Shown here piece after piece: positions 47,325-56,789 of a stretch of 64,000 nucleotides of DNA (the first letter of the stretch is position 1; the number at the start of each line of letters is the position of its first letter). Below the pieces are notes generated by a model. The model had not been told where the DNA came from. It made no database searches and was given only the letters and a program-made list of their open reading frames with translations. The position numbers and the translations under genes are program-made. Origin of the DNA: an uncultured Bacteroidales bacterium (lineage in GTDB: Bacteria > Bacteroidota > Bacteroidia > Bacteroidales > UBA7960); the NCBI GenBank assembly GCA_964349365.1, contig CAYGFY010000005.1, positions 22,561 through 86,560 of the forward strand. The letters run 5' to 3'.

Positions 47325-49106
47325 ATGATTAACCTAAAGATAAATAATATTCCTGTAAGCGTTGAGGAGGGCACCACCATTTTAGATGCCGCCAAGAAGC
47401 TTAATTTCAGGATTCCCACTCTTTGTCATCACGAAGATTTGTGCGTTGCCGGAAACTGCCGTGTTTGTGTTGTAGAGCTCAAAGGGGTAAGAAACCTTCA
47501 GGCGGCCTGTGCTGCTTTGGTTTATGACGGCATGGAGATATTTACCAACAGCGAAAATGTTCGCAGGGTCAGGAAGCACATTGTAGAGTTGCTGCTCACC
47601 GAACACAATTCTGATTGCACCAAGTGTTACAAGAACGGAAAGTGCGAACTCCAAAACATGGCATCGGAATATGCCGTGGGCGACCATCCTTTCCTTGACT
47701 TGTTGCAGTTTCACAATTACAAGATCGACTATTCGTCGCCATCAATTGTCAAGGATGACAGCAAGTGCATTAGGTGCCAGCGCTGCGTTAGGGTTTGCAC
47801 CGAGCTTCAGGAAGTATCGGCGATTGCAGTTGCAAACAAGGGCTTCGAGCAGAAGATTTCTACCTTTTTCGACAAGCCAATGTCAAACGTGGTTTGTACC
47901 AATTGCGGACAGTGCATAAATCGCTGTCCTACTGGGGCACTTATTGAGAGAAATTACATCGACGACGTTTTCGATGCCCTTTACGATCCTGGCAAACATG
48001 TGGTTGTGCAAACAGCTCCTGCCGTCCGGGTTGCCTTGGGCGAAGACCTTGGTATTGATGTTGGCACACGTGTTACGGGGAAAATGGTAACTGCACTCAA
48101 GAGGCTTGGCTTCGATGCGGTGCTTGACACCGACTTCACTGCCGACCTTACAATTATGGAAGAGGGCTCCGAGCTTTTGGACAGGTTAAAGAGGGCCTTG
48201 GTGGATGGCCAAACCGACATTGCCCTGCCAATGACAACCTCTTGCTCGCCCGGTTGGGTTAAGTTTATTGAGCACAAGTTTCCAGAGTTCTTGCCAAATG
48301 TTTCCACGTGCAAGTCGCCCCAGCAGATGTTTGGCGCCCTTGCAAAAACATACTATGCACAAAAAAAGAACATAGATCCTTCAAAGATTGTTTCGGTTTC
48401 AATAATGCCTTGCACGGCTAAAAAATTCGAGGCAGACCGCCCCGAAATGCGCGACAGTGGCTACAAGGATGTTGACTACGTGCTTACAACCAGGGAGTTG
48501 GCTCGAATGATCAAGCAAGCTGGCCTCGACCTGCAAAGCCTCGAAGACGGCAAGTTTGACAGCCTTATGGGCGACTCTACCGGTGCTGCCGTGATTTTTG
48601 GCGTAACAGGCGGGGTAATGGAGGCTGCATTGCGCACAGCCTGGGAAATAATAACCGGCCGCGAAATTCCATTCCAAAACCTTAACGTGGGCCCGGTAAG
48701 GGGTATGGAAGGTGTTAAGGCTGCAACCATAAGAATTGAAGGCTGCCTTGAAGAGTGGAAATTCCTCGAAGGAGTTGAGCTAAAAGTTGCCATAGCCCAC
48801 GGCTTGGTCAACGCCAACGAGCTAATGAAGTCAGTTAAGGAGGGGAAGGCCGAGTACCACTTTATCGAAGTGATGGCTTGTCCAGGCGGGTGCTTAGGAG
48901 GCGGGGGGCAACCTTATCCTACCAATGCAGAAATAAGGAAAAAGCGAGCAAGTGCCATTTACGACGAGGACGAAGCGATGGTGATAAGAAAATCGCACGA
49001 GAATCCAGAGGTAATTCAAATTTACAAGGAGTTCCTCGGAAAACCTCTCGGACATAAATCGCACGAATTGCTACACACCCATTACGTTCAACGCCAAGGG
49101 TACTAA
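47325..49106 (+). CDS. hydA: [FeFe]-hydrogenase catalytic subunit, M3-type domain layout (2Fe-2S, His-ligated 4Fe-4S, 2x 4Fe-4S, H-domain)
   Basis: CHHEDLCVAGNCRVC; HNSDCTKCYKNGKCELQ; CIRCQRCVRVC; CTNCGQCINRCP. H-cluster motifs: L1 TSCSPGW (non-canonical), L2 MPCTAKKFE, L3 EVMACPGGCLGGGGQP. Confidence 0.9.
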   Translation: MINLKINNIPVSVEEGTTILDAAKKLNFRIPTLCHHEDLCVAGNCRVCVVELKGVRNLQAACAALVYDGMEIFTNSENVRRVRKHIVELLLTEHNSDCTKCYKNGKCELQNMASEYAVGDHPFLDLLQFHNYKIDYSSPSIVKDDSKCIRCQRCVRVCTELQEVSAIAVANKGFEQKISTFFDKPMSNVVCTNCGQCINRCPTGALIERNYIDDVFDALYDPGKHVVVQTAPAVRVALGEDLGIDVGTRVTGKMVTALKRLGFDAVLDTDFTADLTIMEEGSELLDRLKRALVDGQTDIALPMTTSCSPGWVKFIEHKFPEFLPNVSTCKSPQQMFGALAKTYYAQKKNIDPSKIVSVSIMPCTAKKFEADRPEMRDSGYKDVDYVLTTRELARMIKQAGLDLQSLEDGKFDSLMGDSTGAAVIFGVTGGVMEAALRTAWEIITGREIPFQNLNVGPVRGMEGVKAATIRIEGCLEEWKFLEGVELKVAIAHGLVNANELMKSVKEGKAEYHFIEVMACPGGCLGGGGQPYPTNAEIRKKRASAIYDEDEAMVIRKSHENPEVIQIYKEFLGKPLGHKSHELLHTHYVQRQGY

Positions 49107-49121
49107 TTCAATCGTGGTTAA

Positions 49122-49554
49122 TTAAACAAGAGCGTACTGCAAGCGACCTAATTCTCCTTGAAGGACGTTGCTTTTAAGTGCCCCCATACCCGCCAATACT
49201 AGGATTCTTTTAGAAGATATTTTTGTGTATTGCAAACCCTTATCGGTTATGACCGAGTCATGTGGCAGCCAGCCACCAAAGTCACTTCCGGGCAGGCCAA
49301 GCGGAAATCCGAAAAAAATCGGCATTTGTTAAGAAACCAGTGGTGTTAACGACACCATCAAAAATTGAAAATCGTTCGAAAAAAGCCAGAAATAGGGTAA
49401 ATCGTTTATTTTCAATAAATTTGGCAACCCCCTCCATCAATGACTCGTGTTTTAATAACACGCCCTGGTTTGTAGTAAGGTCGCCCCTTTGAGGCTCCAA
49501 GGTTGGGGGGGGGTATTTTTTTTTAACACATAGCCGTTGCTTCGCATTGACCAA
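49122..49554 (-). pseudogene. possible decayed gene remnant (two overlapping ORF fragments in different frames)
   Basis: ORFs 49282..49554 and 49122..49325 (minus) abut at an A7/T7 run (49312..49318). A 1-nt shift there would join ...TGFLTNADFF to GFPLGLPGSDFGGWLPHD.... There is no recognisable family and no good start. Confidence 0.25.
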
Positions 49555-49963
49555 GGCTAAAATATTTTGCCCTTAAGGGCGAGAAGCCAAAAGCAACAAT
49601 TGATATTTAATGACCACAAATAACAAATAGGCCATACGACAACAATGGATAATTTAAATCGACAATAAAAACCCACCCCCGCTTCAGCTTACAACCCATA
49701 ACTCCGCCTGCCTTGTATTTTACTCGGCAACTGGCGGACAAGTTACAGATTGCAACCCCAATAAACATCATAAATATCACAAACCCCGTAAGCTCGATAA
49801 GCCAAACATGCAAGCTCCCAAGCTTTATTCAACCTCCAACGCATAAAAATATTTGGGATACAAAATACCCCATTAAACTTGTCGCTATTTTCACTAACTT
49901 TGGTGGTTAAAAATGCCGTGCAAGAAAAACTGCAAAGCTGCAAGTCTTTAAAATGATGCTCAA

Positions 49964-51397
49964 ATGAAATTCACACCCGAAAAATACAAGATCCCCGACG
50001 CGCCAATGGTGCCGTTTATCGACAATGGTGAAATTGAAGACTACCTTGCAACAGCAAGGCCCGACAAGGCAATGGTGCGCGATGTAATTCAAAAATCGCT
50101 TTCGAAAAATAGGTTATCATTGCATGAAACCGGCATACTGCTCAATACAAGCGATCCAGACCTTATCGATGAAATAAAGGAAGGTGCCACCACGCTCAAA
50201 AACCAAGTTTACGGAAACAGAATAGTTTTGTTTGCGCCACTTTACATTGGAAACAAATGCTCTAACAATTGTACTTACTGTGGCTTCAGGTCTTCAAACA
50301 AGGATGCGGTTAGGAAAACCCTCAACTTAGAAGAAATAATTCAAGAAATTGAAGCCCTCGAAGACAATGGCCAAAAGCGATTGATACTTGTTTTTGGCGA
50401 GCATGCACAATATCATCCCGAGTACATTGCAGATTCTGTCAGGGTTGCCTACCAGGTTAAGAAGGGACGCGGCGAAATAAGGCGGGTCAACATTAATGCA
50501 GCACCACTCGACATTGAAGGATTTAGGATTGTAAAGGAAGCAGGTATAGGAACATACCAGGTTTTCCAAGAAACCTACCACTCGGAGGCTTACAAAACTT
50601 ATCACATAAGGGGCAAAAAGGCCGATTTCAACTACAGGCTAACCTCGCTTGACAGGGCGCAGGAAGCTGGCCTCGACGATGTTGGCATTGGGGTTTTGTT
50701 TGGGTTGTACGATTGGAGGTTCGAGATTCTTGGATTGGTAAGGCACACCAATCACCTCGAGGCTTGTTACAACGTTGGTCCCCACACAATTTCTTTCCCG
50801 AGGATTAAGGATGCATCAATGCTTTCGGTTGGCAACCAGTATTTCGTAAATGACGATGACTTCGCGCGCATGATTGCCATTTTGCGCCTTGCCGTGCCAT
50901 ACACGGGACTAATTCTCACCGCGAGAGAATCGGAGCAATTGCGCAACCAGATTTTGAAGTTCGGTGTTTCGCAAATTGATGGTGGCACCAAACTCGAACT
51001 GGGCAGTTATTCAAAAGAAAAAAGCCTCAACGAGGAGCAAAACCTCAACAAGGGGCAATTCAGGATTAACGACAACCGATCGCTAAACGAAATAATAAAC
51101 GAGTTGTTAGAGCAAAACATGCTGCCTTCGTTTTGTACCGCTTGTTACAGGACTGGAAGAACCGGCGAGCACTTCATGGAATTTTCCGTTCCAGGTTTCA
51201 TAAAAAGATTTTGCACTCCAAATGCCATACTCACTCTTGCCGAATACTTGCACGATTACGCCCCCCAGGACACTCGGGAAAGAGGCTGGGATGTTATTGA
51301 AAAAAACATTAAGGATATTGGCAACGAAAAAACCGAAGCCCGTTTACGCGAAAAACTTGAGTTGATGAAAAACGGGCAAAGGGATTTGTATTTTTAA
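49964..51397 (+). CDS. hydG: [FeFe]-hydrogenase H-cluster radical SAM maturase HydG
   Basis: Radical SAM CSNNCTYCGF, ThiH-like core, and C-terminal CTAC-x22-C (CTACYRTGRTGEHFMEFSVPGFIKRFC). Confidence 0.9.
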   Translation: MKFTPEKYKIPDAPMVPFIDNGEIEDYLATARPDKAMVRDVIQKSLSKNRLSLHETGILLNTSDPDLIDEIKEGATTLKNQVYGNRIVLFAPLYIGNKCSNNCTYCGFRSSNKDAVRKTLNLEEIIQEIEALEDNGQKRLILVFGEHAQYHPEYIADSVRVAYQVKKGRGEIRRVNINAAPLDIEGFRIVKEAGIGTYQVFQETYHSEAYKTYHIRGKKADFNYRLTSLDRAQEAGLDDVGIGVLFGLYDWRFEILGLVRHTNHLEACYNVGPHTISFPRIKDASMLSVGNQYFVNDDDFARMIAILRLAVPYTGLILTARESEQLRNQILKFGVSQIDGGTKLELGSYSKEKSLNEEQNLNKGQFRINDNRSLNEIINELLEQNMLPSFCTACYRTGRTGEHFMEFSVPGFIKRFCTPNAILTLAEYLHDYAPQDTRERGWDVIEKNIKDIGNEKTEARLREKLELMKNGQRDLYF

Positions 51398-51705
51398 GGT
51401 TTTATAATTTTTCGATATTGAAGCTGGTTTTTAATTAGAACGCTGTTGTTGCAGATAACCCAAACGGCGAAACGCTAATGGTCGCTGATTTTAACATCAT
51501 TGCTTTGTGAAACCTTGTTATAAAACCTTGAAAAACCTTGTGCTACAGTTTTTTAACCATACCACATGACACCCTGAGAAGAAAAAAAACGCCAAAACAG
51601 CCCTTTGTTTACACACAGATTTATTTCCCAAACTTTTATGCTTGCAAAAGTGAGACCTGAATTCTAAACCTGTTTTTTGTTACACCGAATAAAGCAATTT
51701 GATTA

Positions 51706-52905
51706 ATGAAAGGAAGAGACCTTAAGCCCCATGTTGGTATTTTTGGCCGACGCAACAGCGGGAAGAGTTCGTTGATTAATTACCTAACGGGGCAAACCAC
51801 TGCCATCGTGGCCGATGAACCCGGAACCACGACCGATCCGGTTAAAAAATCGGTGGAAATATTTGGCGTGGGGCCAGCTATTGTTGTTGACACCGCCGGA
51901 ATTGACGATTCGGGAAAAGTGGGAAAACTGCGAGTTGAAAAGGCCCTGAAAATCATACCAACAATTGATATGGCCATACTCGTAATTGCCGAAAACCAAT
52001 TTGGCCAGTGCGAGGAACAATTGGTAAGGCTCTTCGAAAATTACTCGGTGCCATTCGTGGTTATTCACAACAAGGCCGATGTTGTTGCATTAATGCCTAC
52101 ACTGGCAAGTGAACTGAAGAAAAAATTTGGCGTTGATGTCCTAGACTTCTCAACCAAAAATCCGGAAAACAAGGGGCCGTTAATTGAACTCCTGAAAACC
52201 AATATTCCGAAAACTGCCTATACCAATGTTTCGTTATTCAAGGGTATTGTCAAACCCAAAGAAGTGGTTTTGCTCGTTACTCCAATCGACTCTGCAGCGC
52301 CCGAAGGAAGGATGATATTGCCACAAGTTATGGCCTGGCGCGATATTTTGGACAACGACTGCATTTGCATTTCGGCAAAAGAAAGCGAGCTCGAAGATTT
52401 TTTCAAGTTGGGAATAAAACCAAGTTTGGTTGTTACAGATAGCCAGGCGTTTGAATTGGTTTCAAGCATCGTTCCGCATGATGTTGCGCTTACTGGATTT
52501 AGCGTGATTTTTGCTCGGTACAGGGGCGATTTTGAAAAATATCTTGAAGGGACACCGTCAATTGACCAACTGCAAGATGGCGATAGGGTTCTTATTCTCG
52601 AGTCTTGCACCCATCAGGTTAGCTGCGATGATATTGGAAGGTTCAAAATTCCAAGATGGCTAGAAAAATATACGGGCAAAAAGCTCCATTTCGATATGGT
52701 TGCCGGATTTTCGGACTTGCTTTCCGAGCCCGGGAGTTACAAGCTGGCGATTCAGTGCGGCGGGTGCGTGGTTACTGCCAAGCAATTAAAGGGAAGGCTC
52801 AAGCCATTTGTCGATGCAGGGATACCCGTTACGAATTATGGCCTCGCAATTGCATACGTAAATGGAATATTTGATAGAATTACCGAACCCTTTAAAAATC
52901 ATTAA
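51706..52905 (+). CDS. hydF: [FeFe]-hydrogenase H-cluster maturation GTPase HydF
   Basis: P-loop GRRNSGKSSLIN, DTAG and NKAD. C-terminal cluster motif ESCTH-x46-QCGGC. Confidence 0.9.
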   Translation: MKGRDLKPHVGIFGRRNSGKSSLINYLTGQTTAIVADEPGTTTDPVKKSVEIFGVGPAIVVDTAGIDDSGKVGKLRVEKALKIIPTIDMAILVIAENQFGQCEEQLVRLFENYSVPFVVIHNKADVVALMPTLASELKKKFGVDVLDFSTKNPENKGPLIELLKTNIPKTAYTNVSLFKGIVKPKEVVLLVTPIDSAAPEGRMILPQVMAWRDILDNDCICISAKESELEDFFKLGIKPSLVVTDSQAFELVSSIVPHDVALTGFSVIFARYRGDFEKYLEGTPSIDQLQDGDRVLILESCTHQVSCDDIGRFKIPRWLEKYTGKKLHFDMVAGFSDLLSEPGSYKLAIQCGGCVVTAKQLKGRLKPFVDAGIPVTNYGLAIAYVNGIFDRITEPFKNH

Positions 52906-52916
52906 AATTGCTCGCG

Positions 52917-54005
52917 ATGATTGGAAGTTTGTTAAAAAAGGAAAGCCTTGACAAGGCTGATATTTGTTACCTGCTTAAGGCAAAGGGTGACGAACAAAAA
53001 GCATTATTCAAACATTCGGCAGAGGTAAAGAGAAAAACCATTGGCAACAAGGTTTACCTCAGGGGCTTGATTGAGCTGTCGAACATTTGCGCCAAGAATT
53101 GTTATTATTGCGGCATCAGAAAGGATAATACCAATGTTGACAGGTATAGCCTGACTGACGAAGAGGTTCTGGATGCAGCTCGATTTGCTCATGAATCGCG
53201 ATATGGCTCTGTTGTAATGCAATCGGGCGAGTTGCAAGGCGAAGGCTTTGGCCTTAGGGTTGAAAGACTTTTGAAAAAGATAAATGAGCTCTCTAGCGGC
53301 AAGCTTGGCGTAACCCTTTCGTGCGGAGAACAAACGGAGGATGTTTACAAACGGTGGTTCGAGGCCGGAGCCCACAGGTATCTGTTGCGCATAGAGTCTT
53401 CAAGCCCTGAGTTATACGCCAGATTGCACCCCAACGATTCTCTTCATGATTTCGAAAAAAGATTAGAATGCCTCAACCTGCTTCGCAAAATCGGCTATCA
53501 GGTAGGAACCGGGGTTATGATAGGGCTGCCATTCCAAACTGTTGAACATCTTGCCGACGACCTCTTGTTCATGAAAAAAATGGACATAGATATGTGCGGG
53601 ATGGGGCCTTACATCGAGCACAACCAAACCCCGCTAATAGAGCACGCCGGAGGATTGCCACCCCTCGAGGAAAGGTTGCAGCTAACCCTAAAAATGATTG
53701 CCGTGCTAAGAATGATGATGCCAACAATAAATATGGCTTCAACCACGGCCCTACAGGCCATTGACAAGATTGGACGCGAAAAGGCAATTAAGATTGGCGC
53801 AAATATCTTAATGCCAAACATTACTCCCGGATTGTATCGCGACAGCTACGCACTCTACGAAAACAAACCCTGCACCGATGAAAGTGCCGAAGATTGCAAG
53901 AATTGCATCGATATCAGGGTAAAAATGGCAGGTTCGGTCGTGGCTTACGGCGAATGGGGCGATTCGCTGCACTTTAAAGAGGCAAAAGACAGGCCGAAAC
54001 TTTAA
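52917..54005 (+). CDS. hydE: [FeFe]-hydrogenase H-cluster radical SAM maturase HydE
   Basis: CAKNCYYCGIR, a BioB-like core, and a position directly after hydF. Start is ATG 52917 or TTG 52908. Confidence 0.85.
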   Translation: MIGSLLKKESLDKADICYLLKAKGDEQKALFKHSAEVKRKTIGNKVYLRGLIELSNICAKNCYYCGIRKDNTNVDRYSLTDEEVLDAARFAHESRYGSVVMQSGELQGEGFGLRVERLLKKINELSSGKLGVTLSCGEQTEDVYKRWFEAGAHRYLLRIESSSPELYARLHPNDSLHDFEKRLECLNLLRKIGYQVGTGVMIGLPFQTVEHLADDLLFMKKMDIDMCGMGPYIEHNQTPLIEHAGGLPPLEERLQLTLKMIAVLRMMMPTINMASTTALQAIDKIGREKAIKIGANILMPNITPGLYRDSYALYENKPCTDESAEDCKNCIDIRVKMAGSVVAYGEWGDSLHFKEAKDRPKL

Positions 54006-54022
54006 GCTTTGGCCTGTCTTTT
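53985..54022 (+). terminator. terminator-like hairpin at the end of hydE
   Basis: AAAGACAGGCC-gaaactttaagcttt-GGCCTGTCTTT-t: an 11-bp perfect stem whose 5' arm lies in the last hydE codons. The T-tract is short. Confidence 0.5.
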
Positions 54023-54389
54023 GCCCGTGAGCTGTTTGCTTTTGGCTACCGGCTATTGCTCATTAGTGCTTGGTAATTGGCAGCCATTAACATGGTGTTC
54101 CATGCGGTAAAAAACACCAAAGCCGCGCCCTGTTTGCCAACTGACTCAGGCCGCCTAATGTTTGCTGTCAACTTCATTGAAATTCCTCTTTCGTTCTAAC
54201 TCATAATCTTCTTCCGCTCCCTTGCATTCATTGGTTGGGTTCTTATATCTCTCTTGTGCCCGCCCGTTTGTACGCTTTTTTGCCAAAATAACGCCAAGCA
54301 AAAATCATCATGACCCAATGGAGTTTTCATTAACAGTTTGTAATGAACCAATATTTGGTTCTTGGCACTCAACTGTTTGCCATGCACAG

Positions 54390-55526
54390 TTAACTGCCTT
54401 CAATACCTTTTTTAATGCTTTGCCACATTAATTCGGCAGTTTTTTCCCATGAAAACTTTTGTCGAACAATTCTAGCCTTCCCAACAAGTGATTCTCTTAA
54501 TTGTGGTTGGCTGACAATCTGTTTCATGGCCTCTGCAATTTCTTCAACCGAATGAGGATTTACAATCAACCCGGCATCTCCTGCTACCTCGGGCAGGCTT
54601 GTCACGTTCGATGTAATTACGGGAACATCGCAATTAAATGCCTCTATCAATGGAATTCCAAAACCTTCGAAAAACGAGACCAAAACGAGAGCCTCGGAAG
54701 CCCCAACTACTAAGGCAAGATCTTCATTATCGAGTCTTCCGGTAAAAATCACATCTTGTTTGTACTTCAGGGCGTTTAAGGTTTTTTCAATGCCATTTTT
54801 TCCAAAAAGATAATTTCCAACAACAACAAGCCTACAATCAGTAACGTGGGTTGATTTGAACCTGTCAAAGGCCACCAGCGTGTTTCCTATGTTTTTGCGT
54901 TTGTGAAGCGACCCCACGTAAACCAAATATTTTTTTCCTCCCGTGAATTTATTTCTAACTCCTTTAGCAGTTTCAGCATCAAGTGGCATGAAGATTTCGT
55001 TGGCACCGTTGTGAACCACGTCAATTATTTCATGGGATAAACCAAGTGTTTGCATCAAGTCAATTTTGGAATATTCCGAAACGGTTGCCACTCTCCTTGC
55101 TGTTTTGGCCCATCTCGGAAAGAAGTACCGGTAATACCACCTTGTCGAAAAAGGCAGGTCGGCAGGGCGATGCATGAAATTTAGGTCGTGAATTACCGGA
55201 ATTTGCCTGCCCTTGTATTTTAATGACATGAATCCATCGGTCGAAACGAAAATATCAGGCTTGAGTTGGTTAAGATATTTGGTTACCGATTTTTCAAAAA
55301 ACCAGTAATACAAAATAGGATGTCGTGCTTGGGGCCACAACACCACCGGTTTAACGTTGGGCGGAAAATTTAGCTCTCGCGAAGGCTCTCGGTCAAAGAT
55401 AAATCGGAAATCAACATCAGGATTGTTGCGAGCAATCCTCCAGAAAGTTTGGTATGAAAACCAGCCTATCCCATCGAGCTTTCCCGGGATAACCAATCTA
55501 GTATTAACAACAACCATAATTTTCAT
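54390..55526 (-). CDS. family 4 glycosyltransferase
   Basis: GT-B fold with GSLHKRKN and the EX7E region VSFFEGFGIPLIEAFNCDVPVITSN. Confidence 0.85.
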   Translation of the reverse strand: MKIMVVVNTRLVIPGKLDGIGWFSYQTFWRIARNNPDVDFRFIFDREPSRELNFPPNVKPVVLWPQARHPILYYWFFEKSVTKYLNQLKPDIFVSTDGFMSLKYKGRQIPVIHDLNFMHRPADLPFSTRWYYRYFFPRWAKTARRVATVSEYSKIDLMQTLGLSHEIIDVVHNGANEIFMPLDAETAKGVRNKFTGGKKYLVYVGSLHKRKNIGNTLVAFDRFKSTHVTDCRLVVVGNYLFGKNGIEKTLNALKYKQDVIFTGRLDNEDLALVVGASEALVLVSFFEGFGIPLIEAFNCDVPVITSNVTSLPEVAGDAGLIVNPHSVEEIAEAMKQIVSQPQLRESLVGKARIVRQKFSWEKTAELMWQSIKKGIEGS

Positions 55527-55635
55527 TTACTCAAGCAAAGTTACCCCAAAATTACCCTTTCATTTTTAAAAATGGCCAAAACCTTGATGTTTTTTATTAA
55601 TTTTGGGTGCTTTTTCAATTTTAAAAAACAGAATC

Positions 55636-56715
55636 ATGTCATCAAACCTATTAAAACACATAGAACCCGGAGTGGTTACTGGAAAGGATGTGCAAGAAAT
55701 TTTCAGGATATCCAAAGAACACAGCTTTGCCCTTCCTGCCATTAACGTGATTGGCACCAACTCAATTAACGCGGTTTTGGAAGTGGCCCGCGATGTTAAT
55801 TCACCCGTAATAATTCAGTTTTCAAACGGCGGAGCCCATTTTTATGCCGGCAAGACCCTTTCAAACGAAAACCAAAAGGCCGCCATTGCAGGAGCGGTTT
55901 CGGGAGCCAAGCACGTTGATATAATGGCCAAGCAATATGGCGTCAGGGTTATCTTGCACACCGACCACGCCGCAAAAAAACTACTGCCTTGGATTGACGG
56001 GCTGCTCGATGCCAGTGAAGAAAACTTCGCAAAATTTGGCAAACCCCTTTTTAGCTCGCACATGCTTGACCTTTCGGAAGAAAGCCTCGAAGAGAATATT
56101 GAAACTTGCAAGGCGTACTTGCAAAGAATGAATAAAACCGGCATTACTCTCGAAGTCGAACTTGGCGTAACAGGCGGCGAGGAAGACGGCGTTGATAACA
56201 CGGGGGTTGAAAGCTCCAAACTATACACCCAGCCTGAGGAAGTTGCCAAAATGTACCAGAGGTTGATGGAGGTTTCGGATCAGTTTACAATTGCTGCCTC
56301 CTTCGGAAACGTTCATGGCGTTTACAAGCCGGGTAATGTAAAACTTGAACCCATCATTTTGAAAAAATCGCAAGAATACATTCAAGAAAAATTCAACACA
56401 GGCCACAACGAGGTTAGTTTTGTATTTCATGGGGGTAGCGGCTCCACACGTGAAGAGATCAGGGAATCGATTGGTTATGGGGTTATTAAAATGAACATCG
56501 ATACCGACACCCAATGGGCTTTTTGGGATGGAATCAAAACATTCTACCAGAAAAACGAGGGTTACCTTCAGAGCCAAATTGGCAACCCTGATGGCGATGA
56601 CAAGCCCAACAAGAAATATTACGACCCAAGGGTTTGGTTGCGCAAGGGCGAAGAGGCAATGCGCGACAGACTTAAAATTGCTTACGAAGACCTGAATTCT
56701 CTTAACCGAAACTAG
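55636..56715 (+). CDS. fbaA: class II fructose-bisphosphate aldolase
   Basis: FALPAINV, ILHTDHAAK, GVTGGEEDGVDN, FGNVHGVYKPGNV and FVFHGGSGS. ATG at 55636 gives a 359-aa product. Confidence 0.9.
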   Translation: MSSNLLKHIEPGVVTGKDVQEIFRISKEHSFALPAINVIGTNSINAVLEVARDVNSPVIIQFSNGGAHFYAGKTLSNENQKAAIAGAVSGAKHVDIMAKQYGVRVILHTDHAAKKLLPWIDGLLDASEENFAKFGKPLFSSHMLDLSEESLEENIETCKAYLQRMNKTGITLEVELGVTGGEEDGVDNTGVESSKLYTQPEEVAKMYQRLMEVSDQFTIAASFGNVHGVYKPGNVKLEPIILKKSQEYIQEKFNTGHNEVSFVFHGGSGSTREEIRESIGYGVIKMNIDTDTQWAFWDGIKTFYQKNEGYLQSQIGNPDGDDKPNKKYYDPRVWLRKGEEAMRDRLKIAYEDLNSLNRN

Positions 56716-56789
56716 CCTGGCAACCAACTCAACAATAAAGCCCCCGCGAGGGCATTATTTTTGGGAAAAAAGAAGACAAAACGAGGTGT

